The notes below the pieces were generated by a model. The model did no database searches. It saw only the letters and a list, made by a program, of their open reading frames with translations, and was not told the DNA's origin. A DNA stretch of 64,000 bases from an uncultured Alphaproteobacteria bacterium (GTDB taxonomy: Bacteria; Pseudomonadota; Alphaproteobacteria; Rs-D84): assembly GCA_944392815.1 (NCBI GenBank), contig CALXXY010000001.1, positions 160,001 through 224,000 on the forward strand, written 5' to 3'. Positions 51,479-61,018 of the stretch are shown piece by piece. A program made the position numbers and the translations under genes. The stretch's first letter is position 1. Each line of letters starts with the position of its first letter.

Positions 51479-52756
51479 TTATCTAAGTTTTGTCTGTTGT
51501 GTTAATCTTATTAAATCGTTAACTGACATCTGTGTAACGTTACCATTTTTGCGATCTTTTACCTCGACATTGCCTGTATTAAAGAATGTTTTACCGATAA
51601 TTATTCTATTTGGAATACCAATAAGGTCACTTTCTGCAAATTTAATACCTCCACGTACATCTTTGCGGTCGTCATATAAGACATCAAATTGTGCATTTAA
51701 TAACTGTTGATATATATTGTCTACAACAGCTATTTCGTCATCTTTTACCGCCATTGAAATTAGATGCCATTCAAACGGCGCTATTTTAGCAGGCCATACC
51801 AATCCCCTGTCGTCACTTAAGCACTCTGCAACAGTACCCATAACACGGCTTGGACCAATACCATAACACCCCATGATAATAGGTTTGCTTTGGCCCTTGT
51901 TATCAATAAAATTCGCATCAAACGGTGCTGTGAAACGTGTACCAAGCTTAAATATGTTTCCAACTTCTACAGCGCGTTTTTGTTCAAATGTTTTTTCTAT
52001 ACCATCCGTATAGTTTGGAATAATATCGCGCAAAGCACATTTATCTCCGATAATTTCACGATTGATAGCAATTTTTGTCCCTGGAATTATATAAATGGTA
52101 TCTTCACCGGCATCGGTCAATGTTTGGAATTCATGAGAATATTTTGCAAACGCACCTCCACTGGCATATGTAAAATAAGTTTTATCACCAATACCACAAT
52201 CCGTGTAGAACTCCATATACATTTGAGCAACTTTTTCATAATACATATCTAAATCTGCCTGACTTTCATGAAAAGAATACAAATCATTCATACGAAATTC
52301 TTTACACCGGAACAAGCCAGACTTTGAACGAGGTTCATCTCTGAACTTGTTTTGAATCTGAAATACCGCCTTTGGCAAGTCTTTATAAGAAGAGATAAAA
52401 TTAGTCACAAAAGGCGTAACAACCTCTTCGTTTGTTGGACTTAAGGCATATTCTTTATCTGCATGGCCATGAATCTTATATAAAACATCTATCTTATCCC
52501 AACGACCGGTTTGCTTCCAAACATCTGACGGCTGCAAAACAGGCATCATAACTTCTTGGCCGTTTACAGTTTGCATATACTGACGGATTAAATTCTCAAT
52601 TTTGTTCAATGTTCTAAAGCCCAATGGCATATAAGAATAAGCCCCCCCCATTAATTTATGAATAAAGCCTGCGCGTGTCAACAACTGGGCGTTTTTAGAC
52701 ATCTCTTGTACATTGGAGGCTTTTTGTGTTTTATAAAACAAGTTACTTTGGCGCAT
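51479..52756 (-). CDS. Second proline--tRNA ligase (bacterial type, no editing domain)
   Basis: LLTRAGF, W..TGRW, PTNEE, SYKDLP, FRDEPR..SGL.R..EF.M.DLYSFH, EVGNIFKLG, MGCYGIG.SR, WP..IAPF. Confidence 0.88.
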   Translation of the reverse strand: MRQSNLFYKTQKASNVQEMSKNAQLLTRAGFIHKLMGGAYSYMPLGFRTLNKIENLIRQYMQTVNGQEVMMPVLQPSDVWKQTGRWDKIDVLYKIHGHADKEYALSPTNEEVVTPFVTNFISSYKDLPKAVFQIQNKFRDEPRSKSGLFRCKEFRMNDLYSFHESQADLDMYYEKVAQMYMEFYTDCGIGDKTYFTYASGGAFAKYSHEFQTLTDAGEDTIYIIPGTKIAINREIIGDKCALRDIIPNYTDGIEKTFEQKRAVEVGNIFKLGTRFTAPFDANFIDNKGQSKPIIMGCYGIGPSRVMGTVAECLSDDRGLVWPAKIAPFEWHLISMAVKDDEIAVVDNIYQQLLNAQFDVLYDDRKDVRGGIKFAESDLIGIPNRIIIGKTFFNTGNVEVKDRKNGNVTQMSVNDLIRLTQQTKLR

Positions 52757-52883
52757 AACAAATACCTTTTGTGTTGCCTACATATACACTCTTCTGTGCT
52801 AAGAATACCGAAATCATAGGAAAAATCAAGAAGTTCTTGAATATAAAGCTATCAAAAAACAGCGTTTATAGTCCATATTAAAA

Positions 52884-54056
52884 TCATACACTGTTTATCA
52901 TCCTATCCACGGCTTTTTGCATAGAGGCACGGACTGGATCGGCAGACAAACGGGCATAAATAGCAGTTGCAGCGGTTGATTTATGCCCCAAAGACCTGCC
53001 AATTACATTCATGCTTGCTCCTGTAATCGCTTGATAACTTCCCATAGTTCTACGTAAATCATGTAGTCGTAGATTATCTATATTCGCTCGTCTTAGAAGA
53101 CTTTTCCATGCACGTTTTGGCTCTTCCAGATGGCCACTGGCACTTTGTTCACTTGGTAACACCCAAGAACTATTACTATTTTGTTTAATTTTTAATAATA
53201 ATTCTCTTAACTGTTCGATAATCGGGACCTGCATAGGTTCACCATTTTTAGTATCTGATAAGTATATAAAGCCATTTACTAAGTCTATCTGAGACCAGCG
53301 CAGGCTCAATACATTACTTCTACGCTGTCCAGAATATAGAGAAATCAGCACATAATTCTTAAACACATCATTGGGTTCGTTATTTAATGCGTCAAACAAT
53401 CGTTTTAATTCGTCATCTCGTAAAAATCTATCCCGACTTATTTCCCTGAACATTTTTATACCATCAGTTGGATTTTCAAAACGTTTCGGGAATCCGCATT
53501 CATAAGCTTTGTTATACATATGTCTGATAAGCGCCAGCATACGATTGGCGGTATACGAACTTACCGTTTGTCGCAAGAAGTTATGATGTCGCGCTACTTC
53601 ATCACGGCTTATTGTTCGCATCTGACGATTATGAAATACAGACAAATGATTTCTAAAAGTAGCATTATCGTTAATTTGCGTTTTCTGCTTTTTATGCGTT
53701 AAGGAATGCACAGGTAAATATACTTTTTCATAATATTCTTTCAATGTCATATCATGCAATTCATCAAAGCGTTCTTGCGCTGGATCTTCGCCGCATATTG
53801 CCCTTTCACGCATTGTATGCGCTTTACGACGCGCAGTTTCCAATTCAACATGTCCGAACTTACCTATCTTTATACGTTTAGGCATCCCCTGATATTTCAT
53901 ATAGGCATAAAATGTTTTAGAGCCACCATAAGAAACAATTAAACACAGACCATCTTTTGAGCCTGAATCATAATACACAACCTGGTTTTTTTCCTTGGTT
54001 GGAATAGGCAAAGAAGCTATTGCTTTTTTAGTAAAATTTATGGTCTGTGTTTTCAT
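52884..54056 (-). CDS. Tyrosine recombinase/integrase (P4-like, with arm-binding domain)
   Basis: N-terminal GL.L.V...GSK arm domain; SGQR, TKNG, HDLRRT, LGH, YA catalytic residues. Confidence 0.95.
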   Translation of the reverse strand: MKTQTINFTKKAIASLPIPTKEKNQVVYYDSGSKDGLCLIVSYGGSKTFYAYMKYQGMPKRIKIGKFGHVELETARRKAHTMRERAICGEDPAQERFDELHDMTLKEYYEKVYLPVHSLTHKKQKTQINDNATFRNHLSVFHNRQMRTISRDEVARHHNFLRQTVSSYTANRMLALIRHMYNKAYECGFPKRFENPTDGIKMFREISRDRFLRDDELKRLFDALNNEPNDVFKNYVLISLYSGQRRSNVLSLRWSQIDLVNGFIYLSDTKNGEPMQVPIIEQLRELLLKIKQNSNSSWVLPSEQSASGHLEEPKRAWKSLLRRANIDNLRLHDLRRTMGSYQAITGASMNVIGRSLGHKSTAATAIYARLSADPVRASMQKAVDRMINSV

Positions 54057-54061
54057 ATTTT

Positions 54062-54110
54062 TTTGCTACTTATTTGCTACTGATGGCATTTTTTGCTACC
54101 GTTTGCTACC
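54062..54110 (+). repeat. Integrase arm-type sites, right end (TTTGCTAC x4)
   Basis: TTTGCTACTTATTTGCTACTGA...TTTGCTACCGTTTGCTACC. Confidence 0.7.
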
Positions 54111-54206
54111 AATTTTGATTAAACTATAACAAACTTAGAAATCGTTGTAAAGCGCAGAATACTAAGAAAAATTTAACATTGTAAAACACCGTTAAACATA
54201 CGACTT

Positions 54207-54258
54207 TCTGATTTGTAATCAGAGGGTCGTTGGTTCAAGTCCGACAACTGGCACCAGA
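54207..54258 (+). repeat. att site: duplicated 3' half of tRNA-Thr
   Basis: Identical to 39810-39861. Confidence 0.95.
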
Positions 54259-54313
54259 TTTTCCCCGCTGGGTGGCGGGGATTTATTTATGATTTATATA
54301 TCAACTGAAAACA

Positions 54314-54709
54314 TCAATATCCCGACACGACCAAACTGTGTATTAAATCGTTAATTTGTTTGGCTATTGCTGTGGAATCAAAACGTTTTAAGCCATTGGT
54401 TGCGATATCTGACATTTGTTTGGCTTTTGCCGGGTGTTCAAAAACAAACTTCATGTTTTTTGCCAACGCGTTGGCATCGCCAGTTTCAAATAATAAACCG
54501 CCGCGTCCATTCAACAGTATTTCACGTGGTCCGTTTTTACACTTGGACGAAATGCAGGGAACACCCAATGCCACAGATTCAAGCAACACTGTCGGCAGCC
54601 CTTCGCTTTCGCTGGATAAAATATTTGCAATGGCGCCCCGCATAATGCCATATGGATTATTCAGGGCACCAGTAAACACAATGCGTTTTACGGACGGCAA
54701 TTGGGGCAA
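54314..54709 (-). pseudogene. C-terminal fragment of a GT4 glycosyltransferase
   Basis: NPY, SSESEGLPTVLLES, GPREIL; only ~130 aa, N-terminal domain absent. Confidence 0.7.
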
Positions 54710-55144
54710 TTATTAAATGAACTGCAATCAAACGATATTTTAATTGCCGCCGAGATATCACGGCTGGGTCGATCTTTGCTGGAGGTCATGCATATACTGG
54801 AATACTGTTTGAATAAAAATTGCCAGGTGTGGACCATCAAAGAAAATTACAGATTGGGCAACGATATTCAATCCAAAGTTATGGCGTTTGCGTTTGGATT
54901 ATCGGCCGAAATAGAACGCAATTTAATATCGCAACGAACCAAGGCGTCATTGGAAAGCGTGCGGGCAACCGGCAAACGATTGGGGCGGCCTTTTTCGGCG
55001 CAATCAAAAAAATTGAAACTGTCCAGCAATACCAAAAAAGTAAAAAAATTGTTGGACATGGGGTTGACCAAGTATCGGATTGCCAAAATAATGCAGGTTA
55101 AACAATCAACTGTATCCAGATTTATTGTCCGAATGGGCTGGTGA
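54701..55144 (+). pseudogene. N-terminally truncated serine resolvase/invertase (Mpi-like)
   Basis: EISRLGRS, AEIERNLISQRTK, LGRP and HTH present; catalytic Y.RVS N-terminus missing. Confidence 0.75.
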
Positions 55145-55188
55145 ATATTTCCCCCACCCCGCCGGCGGCGGGGGGGGTATGATGGTGA

Positions 55189-55707
55189 TTATTTTTTACG
55201 TTTTGTGGGTTTGGATTTTTTGTTTTTTGGGGTCACGGAATCATCGTCGTACACAGCGTAATCGTATTCGTCATATTCTGTATCAATTTCGTTGGGCGCG
55301 ACGTCCATGATTTCATTCAACACACGACGGGCGCGGGGATTGCGGTCTGAATATTTTTTCAGTCCAACAACCAATGCCGCTGTTATCATTTTTTCCATGT
55401 CTGCGCTGGACACATGTTCAGACACCCGGTCGCGGATATTTTGCGCCATATGTTTGACTGCATGTTTGGCTTTGTACAGCAACGAATGTCTGCGACGAAT
55501 TTTATCGATGATTTCCATAATCCACATGATTATCAAAAACGCCACCAATGGCACCGCCACACACCAGACAAAATATTTTAACACAGAATCACTGCAGAAC
55601 GACAGACCGAACATAGCGTTGCAAGTGTTCGGACAATGCAGCAGCATAACTGCAGCGATTTCGTACAGCGCCAAAATTGTTAACCCCAGTTTATATTTTA
55701 AAAACAT
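55189..55707 (-). CDS. Hypothetical membrane protein
   Basis: Two TM helices, acidic/basic tail, GGAG RBS. Confidence 0.7.
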   Translation of the reverse strand: MFLKYKLGLTILALYEIAAVMLLHCPNTCNAMFGLSFCSDSVLKYFVWCVAVPLVAFLIIMWIMEIIDKIRRRHSLLYKAKHAVKHMAQNIRDRVSEHVSSADMEKMITAALVVGLKKYSDRNPRARRVLNEIMDVAPNEIDTEYDEYDYAVYDDDSVTPKNKKSKPTKRKK

Positions 55708-55741
55708 TTTATTTCTCCCTTGGTTTTATTTGATTAATTGA

Positions 55742-56485
55742 TTAAAAATTCATAAAGCGGATACCCATCAGCACAGTCCAATCATTGCGCCGCCAATTCC
55801 CGCCCAGGCGATGTCCTGCACGAATCCAAACGCCTGTGGTTCTGTTCAGCATTGTACCCAATTCCAATTCGGCCAAAAATTCCTGGCGGCCGGTTTCGTA
55901 ATTTACCCATACCTGGGGATCGGCCAGAACCCACCAACCCTGGTTAGACGCATATCCCAGCAACATTCTGTATTGGCCCTGGTTTATATCTTGGGAAATG
56001 GCGGGGTCGGTGTTATGCAGCGAAATGAACTGTTTCGCGACCAGCGCGCCGAATATGTTATGCCCAAACGAATACACGTATCCCAAAATCGGGTCAAAAG
56101 TATATTGCTGGGCGCCCAGGGTATCTTCGGTTGCGGTGGGCAATAAAAATTCTGCTGCACCAATCAGGGTATGACGCCCCCAGGTATGCTGGGCACGGCC
56201 ACGCAATGTTAAATCGCCAATGCCGTTGTCGGAACGACCGTGGCCACTGTACCGCACCAGCGGCAATTCTGCATTAATACCGAACACGCGTTTAATTGCA
56301 TGGTCGTATTTTAATGTCAACGATGTGATTGATGAATCACCAAATGCACGCAACTGTGGCAACAGTTCCAGTTTGGTTAAATTGTCCGCTGGGTTAATAC
56401 CACGTGCGGTGTCTGCGCTGTCCGCGGCCCATACGTTTGGTGCGGCCAGGATTACGGTCAAAACCGTCAGTATTGTTTTTTTCAT
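55742..56485 (-). CDS. Putative outer-membrane channel (MetA-pathway-like transporter)
   Basis: Signal peptide, GIGD, LPTA....LG, C-terminal RFMNF. Confidence 0.65.
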   Translation of the reverse strand: MKKTILTVLTVILAAPNVWAADSADTARGINPADNLTKLELLPQLRAFGDSSITSLTLKYDHAIKRVFGINAELPLVRYSGHGRSDNGIGDLTLRGRAQHTWGRHTLIGAAEFLLPTATEDTLGAQQYTFDPILGYVYSFGHNIFGALVAKQFISLHNTDPAISQDINQGQYRMLLGYASNQGWWVLADPQVWVNYETGRQEFLAELELGTMLNRTTGVWIRAGHRLGGNWRRNDWTVLMGIRFMNF

Positions 56486-56593
56486 TTTTGTTTCCCCCAT
56501 CTGAAAACATTGTGACATGGTGTGACAAAAAAATCACCAGGAACGAAAACCCACCGCAAATGCGGTGGGCGTACGTATAATTTATCAGACAAA

Positions 56594-57466
56594 TTAATCC
56601 GATGTGACCGGGGCGTCGGCACTGCCATACTGGGCGGCGGCGTCCGTGGTGCCAACATCATCGGCCGCGTTTTCCATTTCTGCGGTTGCCGCGGCGGTGG
56701 CATCTGTGGCGGATTGTGCGTCCGCGGCCGCAGCGTCCGCAGCGGCGCGTTCTTCCTCGGCACGGGCGGCGTTTTCAATTTGCAGCAATTGTTTTTCCAA
56801 CGCGGAACGTTCGGACGTTTTGTATCCCGTTTCGGCATCAGATTCGGTGGCCCCGTCGTCAGTGGACGTGCCGCGCATTGCATCAACCGCAGGATTAATC
56901 AGATTTTCAAATATTTCCTGGTTCGCCTGGGTTCCGGTCATGTCGCGCGCCAACAGTTTACTGCCGGGGCCGGGGAAAAACCATTCGTCCAATTTCATTG
57001 CTGTCAATTGCATGATTGGGCGTGTGCGGGCATTTTCGACCCACGGTGCGGGACGTGGCGCGTCCGAATAATACCACAGCGCACACCAGTATACTATGCC
57101 CATAATCACAATACCGCGGATTAAACCGAATATTATCCCCAGGGTACGATCGGTCACCTTCATAATACTGTTTTGTATTTTTTCGCGCAGACGTTGATTG
57201 AAAAAACCAATCAACATTAATATTACGAAAAATACTATGAAATATGACGCGACCAACGTACCAACAGTGGACGCAGTTAAATCAAACCAACCCTGTAATA
57301 ATTTGTCCAGCAACGGCGATATGAAACGTGCCGCAATTGCCGCGATTACCCACGACAGTGTTGCAACCGTTTCGAAAATACCACCACGAATGCTGGCCCA
57401 TACTGTGGACGCCACCAGGACGCCCACATAAATCCAATCCAAAGTAGTTAAATCAAACATCGGCAT
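56594..57466 (-). CDS. cvpA: CvpA family protein
   Basis: LD......S...RG..E, DRTLG.IFG.IRG. Confidence 0.8.
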   Translation of the reverse strand: MPMFDLTTLDWIYVGVLVASTVWASIRGGIFETVATLSWVIAAIAARFISPLLDKLLQGWFDLTASTVGTLVASYFIVFFVILMLIGFFNQRLREKIQNSIMKVTDRTLGIIFGLIRGIVIMGIVYWCALWYYSDAPRPAPWVENARTRPIMQLTAMKLDEWFFPGPGSKLLARDMTGTQANQEIFENLINPAVDAMRGTSTDDGATESDAETGYKTSERSALEKQLLQIENAARAEEERAAADAAAADAQSATDATAAATAEMENAADDVGTTDAAAQYGSADAPVTSD

Positions 57467-57503
57467 AATCCAATTTTATTGTTATGGTTGTGGATAAATC
57501 TTT

Positions 57504-58103
57504 TTATTTTTTCTTTTTATCCTTGCGTACCAAAACAAACGCCAATGCTGCGACCAAAACAATTAACAGGATATAGAAATACACCGGTGACGCGGGGCTA
57601 TTTTTTTTTTCGTTTTGCGTTGCGTCGTCATTTGCGGCATTTTGTGCGGCCGCATTGTATTCTGTAATTTTGCCCTGGCGATTGGCGTGCGATTTTCTGA
57701 ATTCATCAGCGTTATCGTCCAATGCCTTTTTATTTTCGGCGGCGGTATCTTTCTGGTCCTGGGACATGCCAACCTCGACCGCGTCACGCAATTCCTGTTG
57801 CATGAAATCGGCATAGCCCTGGAAACATTTGTCGCCAACAACGATAACCGGCACACCACCGCTGTCGTATTCGCATTTCTTTAACGCTTCCTGGAATGCG
57901 GGCAGATTTGCCCGGTCCATAACATTAATTTGAACAATGCGCAAATCTGGATATTCGTATACTATTCTGCTGGTGAAAAAATCACGCGCATGATGGCAAT
58001 GCGGGCATGACGGCGAATAATACAGTGTGATATCGGCCGCATTTGCCGCGCCCATGAATAAAAAACCAAATACTGCGAATAACGTTGATAATTTTTTCAT
58101 CAT
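57504..58103 (-). CDS. Exported thioredoxin/glutaredoxin-fold protein with C-terminal anchor
   Basis: Signal peptide, CPHC, GVP, C-terminal TM. Confidence 0.8.
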   Translation of the reverse strand: MMKKLSTLFAVFGFLFMGAANAADITLYYSPSCPHCHHARDFFTSRIVYEYPDLRIVQINVMDRANLPAFQEALKKCEYDSGGVPVIVVGDKCFQGYADFMQQELRDAVEVGMSQDQKDTAAENKKALDDNADEFRKSHANRQGKITEYNAAAQNAANDDATQNEKKNSPASPVYFYILLIVLVAALAFVLVRKDKKKK

Positions 58104-58162
58104 TTCTCCTTTGACTGATTGGTTGCATTATAGAAATCCAGCGCACTGTGTGCAAGCCATTT

Positions 58163-59554
58163 TTATTTCACATATCTGTCATAAATAACAGGGGTTTTGT
58201 TTATGGTATAAATTCTGTCGTCTGAATCACGGTTGTACCAGACATACAATATGTTTACCATATCGTTTTCCGCATACGGGTCAGCATATCCAACAACCTG
58301 GCGCTGGGTGTTATGGGGGAAAACAGCGTGAAAAGTATTGTCAAACACCCGGGAATATTTATCGCGGAACGATTGGCTGGCCACCACGTTCATGATTAAT
58401 ATGCCGTCATGGGCAATATGCGATTTTACACGCTGCATGAATTCGGCGGTGATAAAGCCCTCGGGTATCTGGAAAGAATTTGAATAAACGTCCACCAAAA
58501 TCATATCGTATTTTTCAGTGCTGTTTTTCAAATACTGACTGGCGTCCTGGACCAGGAATTTTTTATTTTCAGGCAACGGACGGCCCAGAAAATATTTTTC
58601 GGAAATTTCCTGTAATGTATGTTCTATGTCCACAAAAGTGTAATCATTAAACGTATCGTTCAGGCCGGCTGTAAATCCGCCCGTCCCCAGCACCAATATT
58701 TTATGCCGTCTGTCGGTGGGCAAATTGTATATGAAATGTGCGTTCAGGTAATCTATGTATTCCGCGTTCTGGCCAGTTGTTGGATTATGCACAGACATCG
58801 GCAACCCGTTCATGTACAGCACACGCGTATTGTCTGTGAACTGGGTCACTGAAATAGTAGAATTCGCATTGTTTACCAAAACACCAAAACGATTGTATTG
58901 CACGTAATCGCTGTTGATAATCATGGTTGGAATCAAAATGCACAATCCCAACAATATCGTCCACCAACGCGGGCGCGTGACCAAGGCCGCAAACAATGCC
59001 AATGTGATAATTAATATCACTGTGTAATTTACACCGATAAACGGCATTAAAATCAGCGTGGTCAGTAATGACCCCATAACGGAACCAATCGTGTCCCACG
59101 CCATAATATTACCCGTATAGTTTGTATTATATTTATGCAGGCAACGTGACAGCAACGTTGTGTTGAACCCAAACAAAAATGGGCCAATGGATAAAAATAA
59201 AAATGAAAATATAAACGTCTGTAATACGCTGGACGTAATGCCCCATTGATACAGGCGCATAAAATATTCCATAACCAATGGAAAACTGGCGGCGCACAGG
59301 GCAAATACAGCAATCACGATGAAACTGGCGGCCAATATTGTTCTGATTCGTTTGTGCGCAATGCGTTCAGATGACCCCAGGAAATATCCCAATGACATAA
59401 ATCCCAAAAATATGCCCATTATAATACTGGTGATAACCGCACTGGAACCGACCCAGAACGATAACTGGCGCAGTACGACCAATTCAAAAGATAAACTGAC
59501 ATACCCGTTCAGAAAAATTAAAAATATTAACCATATGCGTAATTTGCGTGACAT
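58163..59554 (-). CDS. Fused MFS/spermidine-synthase-like protein
   Basis: N-terminal TM bundle, LVLGTGG, DA..YL, YDMILVDVY. Confidence 0.82.
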   Translation of the reverse strand: MSRKLRIWLIFLIFLNGYVSLSFELVVLRQLSFWVGSSAVITSIIMGIFLGFMSLGYFLGSSERIAHKRIRTILAASFIVIAVFALCAASFPLVMEYFMRLYQWGITSSVLQTFIFSFLFLSIGPFLFGFNTTLLSRCLHKYNTNYTGNIMAWDTIGSVMGSLLTTLILMPFIGVNYTVILIITLALFAALVTRPRWWTILLGLCILIPTMIINSDYVQYNRFGVLVNNANSTISVTQFTDNTRVLYMNGLPMSVHNPTTGQNAEYIDYLNAHFIYNLPTDRRHKILVLGTGGFTAGLNDTFNDYTFVDIEHTLQEISEKYFLGRPLPENKKFLVQDASQYLKNSTEKYDMILVDVYSNSFQIPEGFITAEFMQRVKSHIAHDGILIMNVVASQSFRDKYSRVFDNTFHAVFPHNTQRQVVGYADPYAENDMVNILYVWYNRDSDDRIYTINKTPVIYDRYVK

Positions 59555-59633
59555 GAAAAATCCCCCTGACCTGATTATGTTAACGATGGCATACTACTGC
59601 AAAAACTGCATAGGATTCAAGTGGGAATTTATG

Positions 59634-59936
59634 TTATCGCGTGTGCAAAAATCGCACATCGTCAAATTCTGAATATCTGCTGAACATAGCCGATGCAAAT
59701 GGGCACATTGGAATAACTTTGCGGTGTTGTTTGCGCGCCAAATCCGCCGCACAACGAACCAGGTTTAACCCGACACTGGCGCGTCTGTATTTTTCTGCGA
59801 CGGCGGTATAATCTATTATCATTTTATCCGCCCCCACCCGTACAAAAGTTATTTCACCAACATGGTGGCCATTACAATTGGCATAAAAACCTGCGCCGTC
59901 TGGAAAAATATCATAAGTGATTTTTTCATCTGCCAT
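59634..59936 (-). CDS. GNAT acetyltransferase (YjdJ-like)
   Basis: IDYT.V, KVIPMCPFA. Confidence 0.8.
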   Translation of the reverse strand: MADEKITYDIFPDGAGFYANCNGHHVGEITFVRVGADKMIIDYTAVAEKYRRASVGLNLVRCAADLARKQHRKVIPMCPFASAMFSRYSEFDDVRFLHTR

Positions 59937-60013
59937 ATTAAAACGCCCCCATGTTCGGATTATAGCATGGGGGCATTGACGTTTTAATCGGATTGTAATC
60001 GGATATAATTTGA

Positions 60014-60943
60014 CTATATCATATCGTAATTTTTACGGATAATTTTGCCACTGCGACGCAGGGCTGCGGATTCAGCCGCCGACAATTTTGGACGCAATGT
60101 GGCAACAACGCCACCCGCCCCAACCAGACGCGGCAAAGACATTGCAACCATATCAGCCCCCGTGCCGGACACTGTGCTGACCGTCAAAATTCTGTGTTCG
60201 TCGTTTATTATACAACGCAGTAAATCCGCAGCGGCGGCACCTATGCCGTCCCAGGTTGCGCCACGACCACGAATGATTTCATATGCCGCGTTGCGCACAC
60301 GGTGTGCGATTGTGTTGCGTGTCGTTTGTGGCATGGATATTTTCATTTGCCGGCAAAATTCGTCCAACGACAGTGCACCGACTGTGGCAGATGTCCAATC
60401 CACAACACTGCTGTCGCCATGTTCGCCCAATACGTACGCATTTATTGATTGGGTGGATACGCCCAAATGCCGTGCCAATATCGTGCGCAGACGTGCTGAA
60501 TCCAACATGGTGCCCGTGCCAATCACACGCCCCGGGGCCAGACGCGATAATTTTTGCGCCAGCATAACCATAACGTCCAACGGATTTGTCAGAATTATTA
60601 TTTTCACGTTTTTCGCATCTACGTTGGCCATGACGCGCGGAATAATGTCTGATATCACAGCGGCGTTTTTGGCCAATAAATCAGTGCGTGTTTCGCCGGG
60701 TTTTTGATTCGCACCGGCCGCAACGATAACTATATCACTGCCGCGGATACCGCGATAATTACTGACCGCGGTTATTTTTACGTCAAATCCAAAACTGGCG
60801 GCATGACCCAAATCATCGGCCGCAGCGCGCGCACGCACCCCGTCGCGATCAAATAAAACTATTTCGTGAACAAATCCTGTATTTTTAACCGCGGTTGCAA
60901 CCGCAGAACCAACTGTACCAATACCTATAATTGCTATTTTCAT
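60014..60943 (-). CDS. ldh: L-lactate dehydrogenase
   Basis: GIGTVG, AGANQKPGETR.DL, TNPLD, GTMLDSAR, GEHGDS. Confidence 0.9.
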   Translation of the reverse strand: MKIAIIGIGTVGSAVATAVKNTGFVHEIVLFDRDGVRARAAADDLGHAASFGFDVKITAVSNYRGIRGSDIVIVAAGANQKPGETRTDLLAKNAAVISDIIPRVMANVDAKNVKIIILTNPLDVMVMLAQKLSRLAPGRVIGTGTMLDSARLRTILARHLGVSTQSINAYVLGEHGDSSVVDWTSATVGALSLDEFCRQMKISMPQTTRNTIAHRVRNAAYEIIRGRGATWDGIGAAAADLLRCIINDEHRILTVSTVSGTGADMVAMSLPRLVGAGGVVATLRPKLSAAESAALRRSGKIIRKNYDMI

Positions 60944-61018
60944 ATGTGTGTCCTCTCCTGAGGAAATATTATATCATAAATTGCGGGAAATTAAAAATCC
61001 CGCGTATTGCGGGATTTT

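Larger units (their letters stand above)
39810..54258. mobile_element. Genomic island 2 integrated in tRNA-Thr(UGU) (tyrosine-integrase element)
   Basis: Exact 52-bp direct repeat at 39810-39861 and 54207-54258 (3' half of the tRNA); integrase next to the right repeat; AT-rich cargo. Confidence 0.95.

Noticed and set aside
52757-52883. Possible microcin C precursor peptide upstream of ProRS-2 (e.g. MDYKRCFLIALYSRTS)
   Set aside because: No RBS, no C-terminal Asn, and no ThiF/MccB adenylyltransferase in the window.
54207-54258. Second tRNA-Thr gene
   Set aside because: Only the anticodon arm to CCA is present; the acceptor 5' strand and D-arm are missing, so it is an att duplicate.
60045-60707. 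Long antisense ORFs (e.g. 60045-60707, 34442-35221, 56522-57124)
   Set aside because: Shadows of real genes on the opposite strand in GC-richer DNA; no motifs.
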